A DNA stretch of 64,000 nucleotides from the NCBI GenBank assembly GCA_040006935.1, contig JBDTVZ010000001.1, positions 18,218 to 82,217 of the forward strand, written 5' to 3'. Position numbers and translations under genes: made by a program. Shown piece after piece: positions 1-10,357 of the stretch. Source of the stretch: Candidatus Dojkabacteria bacterium (GTDB lineage: Bacteria; Patescibacteriota; Dojkabacteria; J137). The notes under the pieces were generated by a model that saw only the letters and a list, made by a program, of their open reading frames with translations, searched no databases and was not told the DNA's origin. Every line of letters begins with the position of its first letter. The stretch's first letter is position 1.

Positions 1-795
1 GGTCTTCATAAATGCATTGGAAACTTGTAAGAAATTATTATAATCAACTTCCTTTCCCCAAATCGGATATATATAAACACCTAGAGTTATATTCTTAGTT
101 TTTAACTGATCTTTAAGAAGGTTAATTAAATTTAGATAATCTTTAATATATGTAAAGGAAGTGTCCAAATATATTTTCTTAGAACCAGAGGTTGTTGCAT
201 CATTCACTATTACATTTGTAAGCTTAATGTTATCGAAAGCTGAGGTCTCAGTTAATGTTTTTAAAGAAAAGAAATATATTGGCACAAAATCAGGGTTAGT
301 TTTGTCTGAATTTGGAATCGCATGATCGTCAATTGTTAAGTCTTTCGAAATTTCAAAAACCTTTGCTGTTCTATAATTAACAGAAGGATTTTGAACTTGT
401 TCAACTGCAATCGAAGAGTTATATCCAATGATTAATTGGGATTTATCCTTCTGTGCAGTTGCAACATTTTCTAGATTTCTACTTTCGGCTTCAGCTTTAG
501 AGATAGTGTCATCATTGACTGTTGCATTACTATCTACTTTGTTGATCGTAATATCCCTTCGAATAAAAAACACATATGCTAAAACCAGACTAAATGCTAC
601 AAGAACTAGAATTAATATAATTGTAAGAAATTTCAAAAAGGACTTTAATAAATCTCTTTTTTTAGATGTACTCTCAACCTCATTAACCTGTGGTGAAAAT
701 GGGTGTGGAAGAGTCTCTGGTACAGTTTTAACAATAGGAGCTGACACTGGCTCGTCAATAATAGATTGTATTTGTTTATTTTTAAACCCAAACAT
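1..795 (-). CDS. hypothetical membrane-anchored protein (start inside window, 3' end runs off the left edge)
   Basis: My own minus-strand translation. ATG at 795 (MFGFKNKQIQSIIDEP...), one hydrophobic helix (FLTIILILVLVAFSLVLAYVFFI), and the frame stays open for all 265 codons to position 1. Absent from the ORF track because it is open-ended. It starts 1 nt after the rnhA stop. Confidence 0.6.
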   Translation of the reverse strand, partial: MFGFKNKQIQSIIDEPVSAPIVKTVPETLPHPFSPQVNEVESTSKKRDLLKSFLKFLTIILILVLVAFSLVLAYVFFIRRDITINKVDSNATVNDDTISKAEAESRNLENVATAQKDKSQLIIGYNSSIAVEQVQNPSVNYRTAKVFEISKDLTIDDHAIPNSDKTNPDFVPIYFFSLKTLTETSAFDNIKLTNVIVNDATTSGSKKIYLDTSFTYIKDYLNLINLLKDQLKTKNITLGVYIYPIWGKEVDYNNFLQVSNAFMKT

Positions 796-796
796 T

Positions 797-1204
797 TTAT
801 TTTGATTCTATTGTATCTAAAATAGTATTAACTAATTTATCAGCGAATTTATTTTGTTCTCTTGGAACGTGTTTAAATTCAATCTTTTTAAAGTTTTTCT
901 CTAAATATTTCACCTCTTTATGTTGTTCTTTAATTGAATCACTAGATACTTTATAAATCCCAGTAATTTGTTTGATAGCAAGTTCACTATCCATGCAGAC
1001 TAATAAATCATCGATACCATTTTTCACAGCTAGCTTTAATCCATTGATCAATCCTGAGTACTCTGCATTATTATTAGTTACTGTTCCTAAAAATTCACCT
1101 CCAAAATCGGATAATTTCCCTTCGGAGTCCAAAAGAAAGTAAGCACAAGCAGAATTTCCCGGATTACCTCTTGAGCCACCATCTGTAAATAGAGTAAACA
1201 TCAA
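797..1204 (-). CDS. rnhA: ribonuclease HI family protein
   Basis: 135 aa. LFTDGGSRGNPGNSACAY, NNNAEYSGLINGL, MDSELAIKQ and VPREQNKFADKL fit the RNase H fold acidic-residue pattern. Confidence 0.85.
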   Translation of the reverse strand: MMFTLFTDGGSRGNPGNSACAYFLLDSEGKLSDFGGEFLGTVTNNNAEYSGLINGLKLAVKNGIDDLLVCMDSELAIKQITGIYKVSSDSIKEQHKEVKYLEKNFKKIEFKHVPREQNKFADKLVNTILDTIESK

Positions 1205-1207
1205 AGC

Positions 1208-1293
1208 TAGTTAATAATTAATAGTTAAGAGTTAATAATTGAATAAACAGTGAATCTGGACTGTTTAACTATTAACTTTTAGCTCTTAACTAA
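1208..1293. repeat. AT-rich 'TAATAGTTAA'-type hairpin element
   Basis: Core hairpin AAACAGT(1245-1251)/ACTGTTT(1260-1266), flanked by imperfectly complementary arms rich in AATAGTTAAGAGTTAA / TTAACTATTAAC. The same motif family occurs at 12205-12225, 12595-12616 and 55277-55389. Confidence 0.5.
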
Positions 1294-1295
1294 AT

Positions 1296-1967
1296 TTATA
1301 CTTGTGACATAAAGTAGGATACATTTCTTACCCATTGATCTTGATTATCAGATGGGCCTCCATACTTTCTTATTATACAATACAAGTCACCTTTGCAGGG
1401 TGCAATAAATCTTTGGGAAATAACACACGACAGTTTTGTTAAAGATTGTGACCAACCAGTGTATTGAACACCATCTAAATATCCAAAAGGATTATAGATC
1501 TTATACGGAACTTTCCCCAATCCGGATTCGTTTCCGGCTATTCCTACAAGAATTTTATAGTCTCCACCGCATTCAACTGCTTTCCTCACCATTATTCCAC
1601 CATAACCTTTCATTGGCGAGTCATAGCTATTAAAAAGATTTTCAACTCGAGCAGTCCATTCCTCTATATCAGCTTCCTGTTTTGCTTCTGCTACACGTTT
1701 TGCTTTTGCTACTTTTGCTTCTTCTATCTTCTCCTGAGAGGCTAAATGTAGTGCATTTACTACATCAGCTTCTGTTATTTTGATAGTAAATCCCTTATTT
1801 AATGCATTTAAATCCCCAATCCAAATTCCGGAGAGAATAATTAAAACTATAGAAATAGTTACAAGAGAGGAAGCGATAATGTGAGAATCGTAATAATTTA
1901 CGAAGTTCTTGATTTGCTTTACTAATTTCTTTTTATTAAATTTAACTCTGAACTTTATTCTAGCCAT
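1296..1967 (-). CDS. membrane-anchored hypothetical protein, possible lysozyme-like (glucosaminidase/SLT-like) domain
   Basis: 223 aa with an N-terminal TM helix (IIASSLVTISIVLIILSGIWI). GIAGNESGLGK loosely resembles the ESGWG motif of glucosaminidase-type muramidases. The functional call is weak. Confidence 0.45.
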   Translation of the reverse strand: MARIKFRVKFNKKKLVKQIKNFVNYYDSHIIASSLVTISIVLIILSGIWIGDLNALNKGFTIKITEADVVNALHLASQEKIEEAKVAKAKRVAEAKQEADIEEWTARVENLFNSYDSPMKGYGGIMVRKAVECGGDYKILVGIAGNESGLGKVPYKIYNPFGYLDGVQYTGWSQSLTKLSCVISQRFIAPCKGDLYCIIRKYGGPSDNQDQWVRNVSYFMSQV

Positions 1968-2272
1968 TTCAGACTTCCTAATTTAACAATTAGTTCACGA
2001 TCGTCATCTGGAGCTATTATACAGTATGTGAGCTTATTACACTTCCCACACCTGTAAACTATTTGATTTCGACTATTCTTAACTCTAAGTCCAATCGGTT
2101 TTAGTAAACCTTTACAATCATTCGCTCTGTCTCCTGGATTAATATCAACGTGTTGGCTATATAAGCAAAAAATACAATGGTCTCTTGAGCTTGATGGATG
2201 GGCAGGTGTGACTTTCCCACAATTTAAGCAAGTAAAGGACTTGTTGTTCTTTTGAAATTTCTTTTGATCCAT
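1955..2272 (-). CDS. RNHCP domain-containing zinc-ribbon protein
   Basis: 105 aa. CLNCG...SSRDHCIFCLYSQHVDINPGDRANDCKG...CGKC matches the RNHCP-family pattern (RNHCP-like RDHC, HVD..PGDRA). Confidence 0.65.
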   Translation of the reverse strand: MDQKKFQKNNKSFTCLNCGKVTPAHPSSSRDHCIFCLYSQHVDINPGDRANDCKGLLKPIGLRVKNSRNQIVYRCGKCNKLTYCIIAPDDDRELIVKLGSLKWLE

Positions 2273-3616
2273 TTAAATTAAATATATAACTAAACCAGCC
2301 AAGGCAGATCCCATAAGTCCAAGTGTTAAATACTTAGCATATTTTCTTGTTCCAATTGTATAAGCATAAATGCTCTTGGCAACAAAATTAACAAAATTAG
2401 TCAGTAAAAAGGCAATCAGTGCAGTATTAACATCAATAACCCCATTTGTAAGTAATCCGGCAATTGCAATTGTGGGTGCATCTACTCCTATAACTCCCGA
2501 TAAAGCAGTAACTATAATTACAAAACCTGTATTAATATTTATTAATTGCATTGCTTGCACAACTAAACTAAGTACAACAATAATAGAAACAAATTTTAAA
2601 GCTGGTACAACTGAAAAAGCTTGATATTCGACAGTAATGCTTTTGGAAGATCCTCCTCCATATAAAAATATTAATAAACTACCAGTTACAAATCCAAAGA
2701 TTAGAACTACTAAAGTAACTGGAAATGCTGCAATGAATAAATCTTTATTAATTATCAATAGAAGAGTTGTTACAACCACAAAACTTACGGCATTTGAAAC
2801 AATTGCAGCTCCAGATAGAAGGATATCTTCTTTCTTAGTCTCTTTTGACTTTGAAGCGAAAGAAATAATTCCCGAGGTAGAAGAAATAAAACCAGAGAAA
2901 ATTGATGTGAAAAATAATCCTAATTTTTCTCCCGTAAGTCTACTTAAAATATAACCTAAGAGATTAATGCCAGAAATTATTACTACTATTACCCAAATCT
3001 GAAAAGGATTTCCTAAACTAAAATTTTGTAAAGCAGTACTACCAATATTAGTTACTCCAATAAGTGAAAAGAAATCTCCAAGCGTAAATACATGATCGGG
3101 GAAGACAGGTAGAATTACTAATGCAATTAATCCAAAACTAAAAACATCAATAACTTCACGGTGTTGAATTTTCTTAATAAATTTTCCAAAGCCTCTTTTC
3201 TGTGAAAGGAAAAAAGCCATTAAAACTAAAATAACCAACACAACTTCCAATTTTATTATTGAAGATGTTGTTAGAAATCCTAAAACGAAAGTAATTATTA
3301 CTGCGATTTCTGTTGTTATTCCAAAAGCTTCCTTCAATTTTACATTCATAAAGTAAGCTATTAGTAAAAATCCAGCTAATGCAAGAATTAGAAAAAAACT
3401 TAATATTTCTAAATGATTTACAAAAAGAATCCCAGCAATCCCACCCATCAACGATATTAAAGTATAAGTTCTAAATCCTCCAATTCTACTTTTCTCTTCT
3501 TTCTCTGCTTTTTCCACTCCATTTTCTTCAATTTCTCTAGTTTCGGTTTCCAGACCCAATATGGCACCAAATAGTACAGATAATAGAATCTTGGTAAAAA
3601 TATTAAGCTCAATCAT
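2273..3616 (-). CDS. MgtC/SapB family membrane protein with DUF4010-like C-terminal half
   Basis: 447-aa polytopic membrane ORF. The N-terminus LLSVLFGAILGLETETRE...GGFRTYTLISL fits the MgtC motif, followed by a long multi-TM extension. Confidence 0.7.
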   Translation of the reverse strand: MIELNIFTKILLSVLFGAILGLETETREIEENGVEKAEKEEKSRIGGFRTYTLISLMGGIAGILFVNHLEILSFFLILALAGFLLIAYFMNVKLKEAFGITTEIAVIITFVLGFLTTSSIIKLEVVLVILVLMAFFLSQKRGFGKFIKKIQHREVIDVFSFGLIALVILPVFPDHVFTLGDFFSLIGVTNIGSTALQNFSLGNPFQIWVIVVIISGINLLGYILSRLTGEKLGLFFTSIFSGFISSTSGIISFASKSKETKKEDILLSGAAIVSNAVSFVVVTTLLLIINKDLFIAAFPVTLVVLIFGFVTGSLLIFLYGGGSSKSITVEYQAFSVVPALKFVSIIVVLSLVVQAMQLININTGFVIIVTALSGVIGVDAPTIAIAGLLTNGVIDVNTALIAFLLTNFVNFVAKSIYAYTIGTRKYAKYLTLGLMGSALAGLVIYLI

Positions 3617-3668
3617 AAATCTATTATGTACTAATGTTAAAATAAAAAAGTCTTATATAATTTACCAT

Positions 3669-4553
3669 ATGGATAAAAAGAAAGTAATAGTTGTAGGTGG
3701 CCCTACAGCTACTGGTAAAACTCAAACAGCATTTGAAATAGCTAGGTCAATTGGAGGCGAGATAATAAGTGCAGACTCGCGACAAATATATAAATATTTA
3801 GATATTGGAACCAATAAGGAAATCCCAATAGATATTCCAATCCACTTAATAAATTTAATAAATCCTGATGAAAGATTCAATGTCTATGAATTCCAAACCA
3901 TGGCACTTAAAAAGATAGATGAAATTATAAGTAGAGGGAAAGTCCCAATCATTGTAGGAGGAACCGGGTTATATATAGATTCATTAATCAGAAGCTATGA
4001 ACTAAGAACTAAAGATGAGAACTATTCCGGGAGATCTCAATTTGAAACTTTAAGTGTAGCCGAACTTCAGCAACTTATAAATTCTTATGATTCATCAATT
4101 TTATCTCAATTAAACAATAGTGATAAAAATAATCCGCGTCGTCTAATCCGATTATTGGAAAAAACAAATGAAACTGTTGCCAATAATAGGTATAATAACC
4201 TGGATTTCCTTTTTCTTTATCCGGAATATGATTGGGAAAAGCTAAAAGAAAAAATAAATTCAAGAGTAGAAAAAATGTTTGAAAGTGGATTAATTGAAGA
4301 AACTAGGAGAGTTATCCAATTAGGATATTCTAAAAATTGCGATGGTTTAAATATAATGGGATATAAGCAAATAGTAGAATTTCTTGATTCCAAAATAAAT
4401 TTAACAGAGTGCATCGAACAAGTTAAGATTGCACATAAGCAATATGCTAAAAGACAACGAACTTGGTTTGAAGGCAAAGGCAGAGGGTATAAATTAACTA
4501 AGTATAATAATACAAATGAAGCTTTGGATGCTTCAATAAAATTTCTAAAATGA
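3669..4553 (+). CDS. miaA: tRNA dimethylallyltransferase
   Basis: VVGGPTATGKTQTAFEIA (P-loop), ISADSRQIYKYLDIGTNK, VGGTGLYIDSL, AKRQRTWF. ATG at 3669 chosen over the longer ORF-track start. The TGA stop overlaps the next ATG (ATGA). Confidence 0.9.
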   Translation: MDKKKVIVVGGPTATGKTQTAFEIARSIGGEIISADSRQIYKYLDIGTNKEIPIDIPIHLINLINPDERFNVYEFQTMALKKIDEIISRGKVPIIVGGTGLYIDSLIRSYELRTKDENYSGRSQFETLSVAELQQLINSYDSSILSQLNNSDKNNPRRLIRLLEKTNETVANNRYNNLDFLFLYPEYDWEKLKEKINSRVEKMFESGLIEETRRVIQLGYSKNCDGLNIMGYKQIVEFLDSKINLTECIEQVKIAHKQYAKRQRTWFEGKGRGYKLTKYNNTNEALDASIKFLK

Positions 4554-5848
4554 GAGTAGATATAAAAAGTATTTTAAGAAAACTTATTTATTTCTTTTCA
4601 ATCGCGATCACAACTTTAATTCTAGTCGAAATATCAGACAAATCTTTCTTCACCTCAATTAACAATTTCATCGCAAGAGTTTTAAATTTCTATCGAGTAA
4701 GCGAGATAAATATCGTTAGCTTAACTTCTATAAACATTCGGATTGCTAACTTTAGTACAGAAACTAGTTCAGTTATCCTCATTATCATTTTAGGCTTAAT
4801 TGCTGGAGTTATATATTTACTATCTCGAAATTTCATTGTTCAAACTACTTTCTATTTAGTCACACTATCCCTAAACTTGATGGTTTTTGTAATATCAATC
4901 AGCAGTGGGAACCTCTGGCCTTTCTTACAAATTATATTTCTTTCATCCGTAGGCTACATTGCAACAATTTTTCTTAATTACTTTGAGAAAATGCTTAAAA
5001 TCGTGCAAATGCAGCAAGCACTTGGCACATTCGTAAATAAAAAAGTAAGTGAGGATTTACTGAATGGATCAAAATTAAGAGTGAGTGGAGCTGAAAAAGA
5101 TATAAGTGTAATGTTTATAGATATTCGTGAATTTACCAGTTTGACTGAAAATATGAAGGCAAAAGATTTGATTAAATTTTTAAATGGTTATTTATCTTTT
5201 ATGAGTAACCTTATTATTAAAAATGGAGGAACAATAGATAAATATATAGGAGATTCTGTAATGGCACTTTGGAATGCACCAGAAGATATAAAATTTCATG
5301 CTTATAACTCTGTAATTGCAGCTTTAGAAATTGTTCAAAATATGAAGGAGTTTCAAAACAAAAATCCTGATCTGCCTAAAATTCAAATAGGGGTTGGTAT
5401 TAGTACAGGCAAAACAATTGTTGGAAATATTGGAACCGAAGTGAAGCTTAACTATACAGTAATTGGTGACAATGTAAATTTAGCTTCAAGAATAGAAGGT
5501 TTAACAAAAAAATATGGGTTGCCAATGTTACTTGCAGATACTACTTATGAAGAATGTGTAGGATGTCCACTACTTTTTAGGGAAGTGGATACTGTTTTAG
5601 TGAAAGGTCGTAAGAAATCATTAAAATTGTATGAGCCAATGATAAATAATTCAAAAAATAAGAAGATTAAAGAAATATACGAAAAAGCATTAAAGTATTA
5701 TTATCAGAAGAAATTTGACGAGGCTAGGGACCTATTTGTTAAAATAGAAGATAACGATGGTCCATCTAAAACAATGCATAGAAGAATCTTCGAACTTTCT
5801 AAAGACCCTTCCAGCTTTAAAGGAGTTTGGAAATGGAGCGATAAATAA
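4550..5848 (+). CDS. membrane-bound class III adenylate/guanylate cyclase
   Basis: N-terminal TM helices, then VMFIDIREFTSLTE, DKYIGDSVMALWNAP, GNIGTEVKLNYTVIGDNVNLASRIEGLTK. Confidence 0.85.
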   Translation: MRVDIKSILRKLIYFFSIAITTLILVEISDKSFFTSINNFIARVLNFYRVSEINIVSLTSINIRIANFSTETSSVILIIILGLIAGVIYLLSRNFIVQTTFYLVTLSLNLMVFVISISSGNLWPFLQIIFLSSVGYIATIFLNYFEKMLKIVQMQQALGTFVNKKVSEDLLNGSKLRVSGAEKDISVMFIDIREFTSLTENMKAKDLIKFLNGYLSFMSNLIIKNGGTIDKYIGDSVMALWNAPEDIKFHAYNSVIAALEIVQNMKEFQNKNPDLPKIQIGVGISTGKTIVGNIGTEVKLNYTVIGDNVNLASRIEGLTKKYGLPMLLADTTYEECVGCPLLFREVDTVLVKGRKKSLKLYEPMINNSKNKKIKEIYEKALKYYYQKKFDEARDLFVKIEDNDGPSKTMHRRIFELSKDPSSFKGVWKWSDK

Positions 5849-5864
5849 ATATTAATTAATAAAA

Positions 5865-6320
5865 ATGATAATTGAAGGAATAGACAAAGAAGAAATTGAT
5901 ACTGTTCTATATTCACTTAAACAATTAGTAGAAGATGATTATAGAGAAATAAGAGTAATCCACGTTCCTCTTGAAAACATTAATAGTGGTCTGTCAGATC
6001 TATTTCAACAAAATGATCAGCTGCAGGCAAAATACGGCTTTGAAATGAAGAAAGGAAGTATAAGTAATGACGCTAATGGTTTTATGGATCTTGTTGATTT
6101 CTGCAGAGCTATAATAGCTTCAATTGACCTAATGTATTTTGATGAAGGTAAAGTACAGTCTCAAATGAAATTGCAGATTGCCAATTATTTTTCAGGGAAA
6201 GGGAGTGCTATACATTTAACTCATTTAGCTCGCGAATACATTCAAACAACAGCAGATGCTGACCTCGAAGGGAAAATTGTACAACTTGCTTTATTAGTTG
6301 CAAGAAAGACTATAAATTAG
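5865..6320 (+). CDS. hypothetical protein
   Basis: 151-aa ORF with no recognisable motif. Its 3' end overlaps the convergent ORF 6310..6741 by 11 nt. Confidence 0.45.
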   Translation: MIIEGIDKEEIDTVLYSLKQLVEDDYREIRVIHVPLENINSGLSDLFQQNDQLQAKYGFEMKKGSISNDANGFMDLVDFCRAIIASIDLMYFDEGKVQSQMKLQIANYFSGKGSAIHLTHLAREYIQTTADADLEGKIVQLALLVARKTIN

Positions 6321-6741
6321 AGCTTTCAGATTCAAATAACAAGCTATATTGATCCTGAACAAAAGTATTGAAACCATCAAATTCAGGAAATCCATTTTTA
6401 ACCAAACTGTTGAGTATTTCTCTAATATCTATAAGATCAAGCACAGCATTGCTTTTTGCTCTTTCATAAATACTTTTACTGGATTCTGTTGTTCTATCTT
6501 TAAAAAATTCATAAAAGGATTCTGGTGCTCTACTTGAGAAAATAAAAGCAAATATTTCCATTAAAACACTCAGTTCATCCAAGCTTCTATTTCCCTGGAG
6601 AATTTCATAAAACCTATCTTTCAAGGTAAACTCCTTTTGATAAGCTAAATGTAGCAGCGAGTACTGAATGGCATTCATTTTCCTAGAACGTGGGATGTTA
6701 TCGACTGTATGGATATTTATGGCTGTAGCATGATCTGACAT
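6310..6741 (-). CDS. hypothetical protein
   Basis: 143-aa ORF with no recognisable motif. Confidence 0.45.
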   Translation of the reverse strand: MSDHATAINIHTVDNIPRSRKMNAIQYSLLHLAYQKEFTLKDRFYEILQGNRSLDELSVLMEIFAFIFSSRAPESFYEFFKDRTTESSKSIYERAKSNAVLDLIDIREILNSLVKNGFPEFDGFNTFVQDQYSLLFESESSNL

Positions 6742-6890
6742 ATAAAGATAATAAACTTATAAAAACACATGATCTTACCAAATTCACTAATAACTGTCTG
6801 TAAGTATAATATTCTAGGATACTAAATTCTAAAACCATATTAGAAATATTTAGGTATAATAGACTATAAATTAATAATTAATTAAAATTT

Positions 6891-8036
6891 ATGGATATTA
6901 ATCAATTACTTCTAATTGTTCTTATTTTAATACTCATCGTAGGGTTTATCTATATTGCTTCTAAAATAAGCAAACCTCCTGTAAAAGACGACGGAACAGA
7001 GAAACTTTTACAAATGATGATGGTTCAGATGAACAGCGAATCCTCTAAAAATCAAGAAAAGCTAGATAGAACAATCAAAGATTTAAACGACAGATTAAAT
7101 GATCAAAATAGAACTATAAACGATCAGATGAGCAAATCTCAAACAAATATTCTCCAACAGTTTGCAATGTCTCAAAAAAATATGAGAGAAACTAGTGATA
7201 GCGCAGCTAAAATTATTAAGGAAGTTACAGAAAAACTTACTAAACTCGATGATACTAATAAGCAAGTTGTTAATTTCGCAGAACAACTACAAAGTTTAGA
7301 AAATATTCTTAAAAACCCAAAACAAAGAGGAGTTTTAGGTGAATATTTTCTGGAAACTGTTCTTAAAAACGTACTTCCACCCAATGGTTATCAAATGCAG
7401 TATAAATTTTTAAATTCTGAAATAGTTGATGCTGCTGTATTTGTAGGGAAAAAGATAATTCCAATTGATGCAAAATTTTCATTAGAAAACTACAATAGAA
7501 TTCTAGAGGCTAAAGAAGTAGGTGCACGCGAGATTTTAGAGAAAGAATTTAAAAATGACTTGAAGAAAAGAATAGATGAGACTTCTAAATACATTCGACC
7601 AGAAGAAGGCACAATGAGCTTTGCCTTTATGTTTATCCCATCTGAAGGTATTTACTACGATTTATTAATAAACCAGGTTGGAAATGTAAAAACTAATACA
7701 CACGATTTAATTGAATACGCTTTTAAACAAAAGAGTGTGATTATTGTCTCTCCTACATCTTTCCTAGCTTATTTACAAACAGTATTACAAGGTTTAAATG
7801 CACTTAAAATTGAAGAAAAAGCAATTGAGATTAAGGAAAATGTAGAAAAACTGCAAAAGCATATTGCAAGTTTTGATATGAATTTTGCAAAACTTGGGAA
7901 AAATTTATCTACAGTAGTAACAGCTTACGGAGATGCTCGGAGCGAATATAAAAAGATAGATAAAGATTTATATAAAATCACAGATAATACAATAGCAATA
8001 ACCTCGGAAGATATTGAAAGACCTGTTTTAGATTAA
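6891..8036 (+). CDS. rmuC: DNA recombination protein RmuC
   Basis: N-terminal TM helix, long coiled-coil, then NPKQRGVLGEYFLETVL and FMFIPSEGIYYDL typical of RmuC. Confidence 0.85.
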   Translation: MDINQLLLIVLILILIVGFIYIASKISKPPVKDDGTEKLLQMMMVQMNSESSKNQEKLDRTIKDLNDRLNDQNRTINDQMSKSQTNILQQFAMSQKNMRETSDSAAKIIKEVTEKLTKLDDTNKQVVNFAEQLQSLENILKNPKQRGVLGEYFLETVLKNVLPPNGYQMQYKFLNSEIVDAAVFVGKKIIPIDAKFSLENYNRILEAKEVGAREILEKEFKNDLKKRIDETSKYIRPEEGTMSFAFMFIPSEGIYYDLLINQVGNVKTNTHDLIEYAFKQKSVIIVSPTSFLAYLQTVLQGLNALKIEEKAIEIKENVEKLQKHIASFDMNFAKLGKNLSTVVTAYGDARSEYKKIDKDLYKITDNTIAITSEDIERPVLD

Positions 8037-8053
8037 CGTGTTAAAATTAAAAC

Positions 8054-9262
8054 ATGAAAAGAGCTTATCTAATCTTACTAATTATACTTTCCTTGCTTAT
8101 TCCTGCAGAAGGAGTACTTGCTTATAACTTCTACAAAAACCCAGTAAAAGAGACTAGAGTAGAGCAGAATGTACATAAAACGTATATTTCTACAAAAAGA
8201 GATATTGATCTAGAATTTGCAAAATTGGATAAAGTTACTAAGCAACCAAAGAATTTAAATGATGTTTATGTAACTGGCTGGATTCCTGACTGGGACATTC
8301 CTAATGGTTTAACTACTTTAGAAGATCAAAAAGAAGTTTTTGATGGCATAAGTCCTGTTTGGTTTTATGTAAATGAGGATGGAACTTTAGAGGATACGAC
8401 TTATTCAAATGGACCTACGCTTAAATCTTTTGCGAGTGATAATAATCTGGAACTTGTACCTTCAATAGCATTATTTGATGCAGATACAATTAGCAAAGTA
8501 TTAAATTCAGAGGAAAATTTGAATAAGCATATCGACGCAATTGTAAATATGACTGTTGATAATAATTACAAAGGAATTGATTTAGATTATGAATCAGTTT
8601 TCCTTGCAGATAAGACTTTGTTTTTTAAATTTCTTCAAACAGTATCGACAAAGTTAAAGGAAAAAGGGAAACTTTTAAGCTTTACAGTTTTGCCAAAGTG
8701 GGGAGACTACATTGATTATCCTACTCTACCGCAAACCAGAAGAGTAGAGGATTACAAAAAAATTGCAGATCTAGTGGATGAGTTTAGAATCATGACATAT
8801 GACTTTAATGGTCGTGGAAGTAATACAGCTGGCCCAGTAGCGCCTTTGAAGTGGATGGAATCTACAATTAAATATGCTATCAGCTTAGGAATTCCAAGAA
8901 ATAAAATTCTACTGGGCATTCCAACCTACTCATACGATTGGGGTGAAAGACCTCTCGAACCGGACGACGTTGATATAATAAATTGGTACGGGAATTTGAT
9001 AACTGACACTCCGTTAGAGGCTGGTGTTGCTTACTTTAATAAGCAAATAAATCAAGTTAGAAATGGCTACACTTTAACTGAAACATTCAATAATGCTTGG
9101 GGAGAAGTTGTGGGAACTTATAATTATAAAGGAGAGAACAGAATAATAGTTTTTCCTAATGAAGAATCTTGGAAATTGAGAAAGCAACTAGCAGCAGATT
9201 ATGGATTAAAAGGAATTGCATACTGGAGAATTGGTGACGAAGATGGTTTAAAACTACAATAA
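8054..9262 (+). CDS. secreted glycoside hydrolase family 18 (chitinase-like) protein
   Basis: Signal peptide-like N-terminus. KGIDLDYES matches the GH18 DxxDxDxE catalytic motif. MTYDF and AYWRIGDED are also GH18-like. Confidence 0.8.
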   Translation: MKRAYLILLIILSLLIPAEGVLAYNFYKNPVKETRVEQNVHKTYISTKRDIDLEFAKLDKVTKQPKNLNDVYVTGWIPDWDIPNGLTTLEDQKEVFDGISPVWFYVNEDGTLEDTTYSNGPTLKSFASDNNLELVPSIALFDADTISKVLNSEENLNKHIDAIVNMTVDNNYKGIDLDYESVFLADKTLFFKFLQTVSTKLKEKGKLLSFTVLPKWGDYIDYPTLPQTRRVEDYKKIADLVDEFRIMTYDFNGRGSNTAGPVAPLKWMESTIKYAISLGIPRNKILLGIPTYSYDWGERPLEPDDVDIINWYGNLITDTPLEAGVAYFNKQINQVRNGYTLTETFNNAWGEVVGTYNYKGENRIIVFPNEESWKLRKQLAADYGLKGIAYWRIGDEDGLKLQ

Positions 9263-10327
9263 ATGAAAACTTGGCAACTTCTAAAACAAAACCCTGAGTT
9301 ATTCGAAAGATATTTTGTAAAAGAATATATAATAAAAGCCTGCAGAAAATTCTTCGAGAATAAAAATTATCATGAGCTTGAAAGCCCATTGTTAACTCCC
9401 TACTTACCTCAAGAAAGGTACATGGACCCAATGAGAGTCGATTTAGAATTGAAGGGACAGAAATTGAAAAAAGAAGTCTATATCACACCAACAACAGAAA
9501 GATATAATAAAGTTCTATTATCAGCTGGGTTTGGAGAGCATTTTGTAATTACAAAAGTTGCCAGAGATTTAGAGGACATTAGTCCAAATCATGGACCAGA
9601 ATTTACAATGTTGGAATGGTATCACCTAGATGCAAATTATAAAGACATGATGGATGATACTGAAGATTTAATAATAAGCATCTTAGATTATTTAAAAAAA
9701 CATTCAAAATTAGATAAATTCTCAAACGGTTATAAATTAACTTTTCAAGGGCAAGAAATAGATTTTTCAAAAGGTTGGGATAGACTTTCAGTTAGTGACG
9801 CTTTAGAAAAATTTGCAGGATTAAAATTAGAAAGTATTCAAACTTTGGAGCAAATTAAAGAAGCAGCAATTAAAAAAGGACATACTGTGGAAGGTGTGGA
9901 AGATTGGCAAGCTTTGTTTGAGCTTATTTTTATAACTGATATTGAACCTAATTTATCTAAAACAAAACCTACTTTCATTTATAATTATCCAAAAATTTTA
10001 GGACCTTTGACAAAACCAAATGTGGAAAACCCTTTAGTTTGTGAAAAGGTTGAGTTGTATATTGCAGGTAAGGAAATTGCTAATGGATATACAGAATTAA
10101 CCGATGGCAATCTTTTAGAACAAAATTTTAAAGAGGAAGAAGGAGCAAGGAAAAAATTAGGAAAAGACTCAATAACATTTGATAATGATTTAGTAGATGC
10201 TGTGAAATCTGGAATGCCAGAGGTTGGAGGAGTGGGAATGGGATTAGATAGATTGGCAATGATATTTACGGATGCAAAAAATATTGCAGAAGTAAATTTC
10301 TTTCCTGCGACGGAATGGTTTGAATAA
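9263..10327 (+). CDS. epmA: EF-P lysine-lysyltransferase (class II LysRS paralog, EpmA/PoxA/GenX)
   Basis: 354 aa with no anticodon-binding domain. HGPEFTMLEWY, KPTFIYNYP, EIANGYTELTD and GMGLDRLAM parallel E. coli EpmA motifs. Confidence 0.8.
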   Translation: MKTWQLLKQNPELFERYFVKEYIIKACRKFFENKNYHELESPLLTPYLPQERYMDPMRVDLELKGQKLKKEVYITPTTERYNKVLLSAGFGEHFVITKVARDLEDISPNHGPEFTMLEWYHLDANYKDMMDDTEDLIISILDYLKKHSKLDKFSNGYKLTFQGQEIDFSKGWDRLSVSDALEKFAGLKLESIQTLEQIKEAAIKKGHTVEGVEDWQALFELIFITDIEPNLSKTKPTFIYNYPKILGPLTKPNVENPLVCEKVELYIAGKEIANGYTELTDGNLLEQNFKEEEGARKKLGKDSITFDNDLVDAVKSGMPEVGGVGMGLDRLAMIFTDAKNIAEVNFFPATEWFE

Positions 10328-10357
10328 GATTAATAATTATCAATTACTAACTTAAAT

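Noticed and set aside
428-805. 125-aa plus-strand ORF from the track
   Set aside because: It lies antisense to a much longer open minus-strand frame (1..795) that has a sensible start, a TM helix and operon spacing. Its own sequence is low-complexity and non-proteinaceous.
2370-2954. Two plus-strand ORFs (84 and 105 aa) inside the MgtC-family gene
   Set aside because: They are antisense shadows of a 447-aa polytopic membrane gene, with no motifs of their own.
4550-4553. Alternative genetic code (UGA recoded, as in some candidate phyla)
   Set aside because: TGA terminates well-defined genes at the expected length (e.g. miaA at 4551-4553, within an ATGA start/stop overlap). Long ORFs are intact under the standard code.
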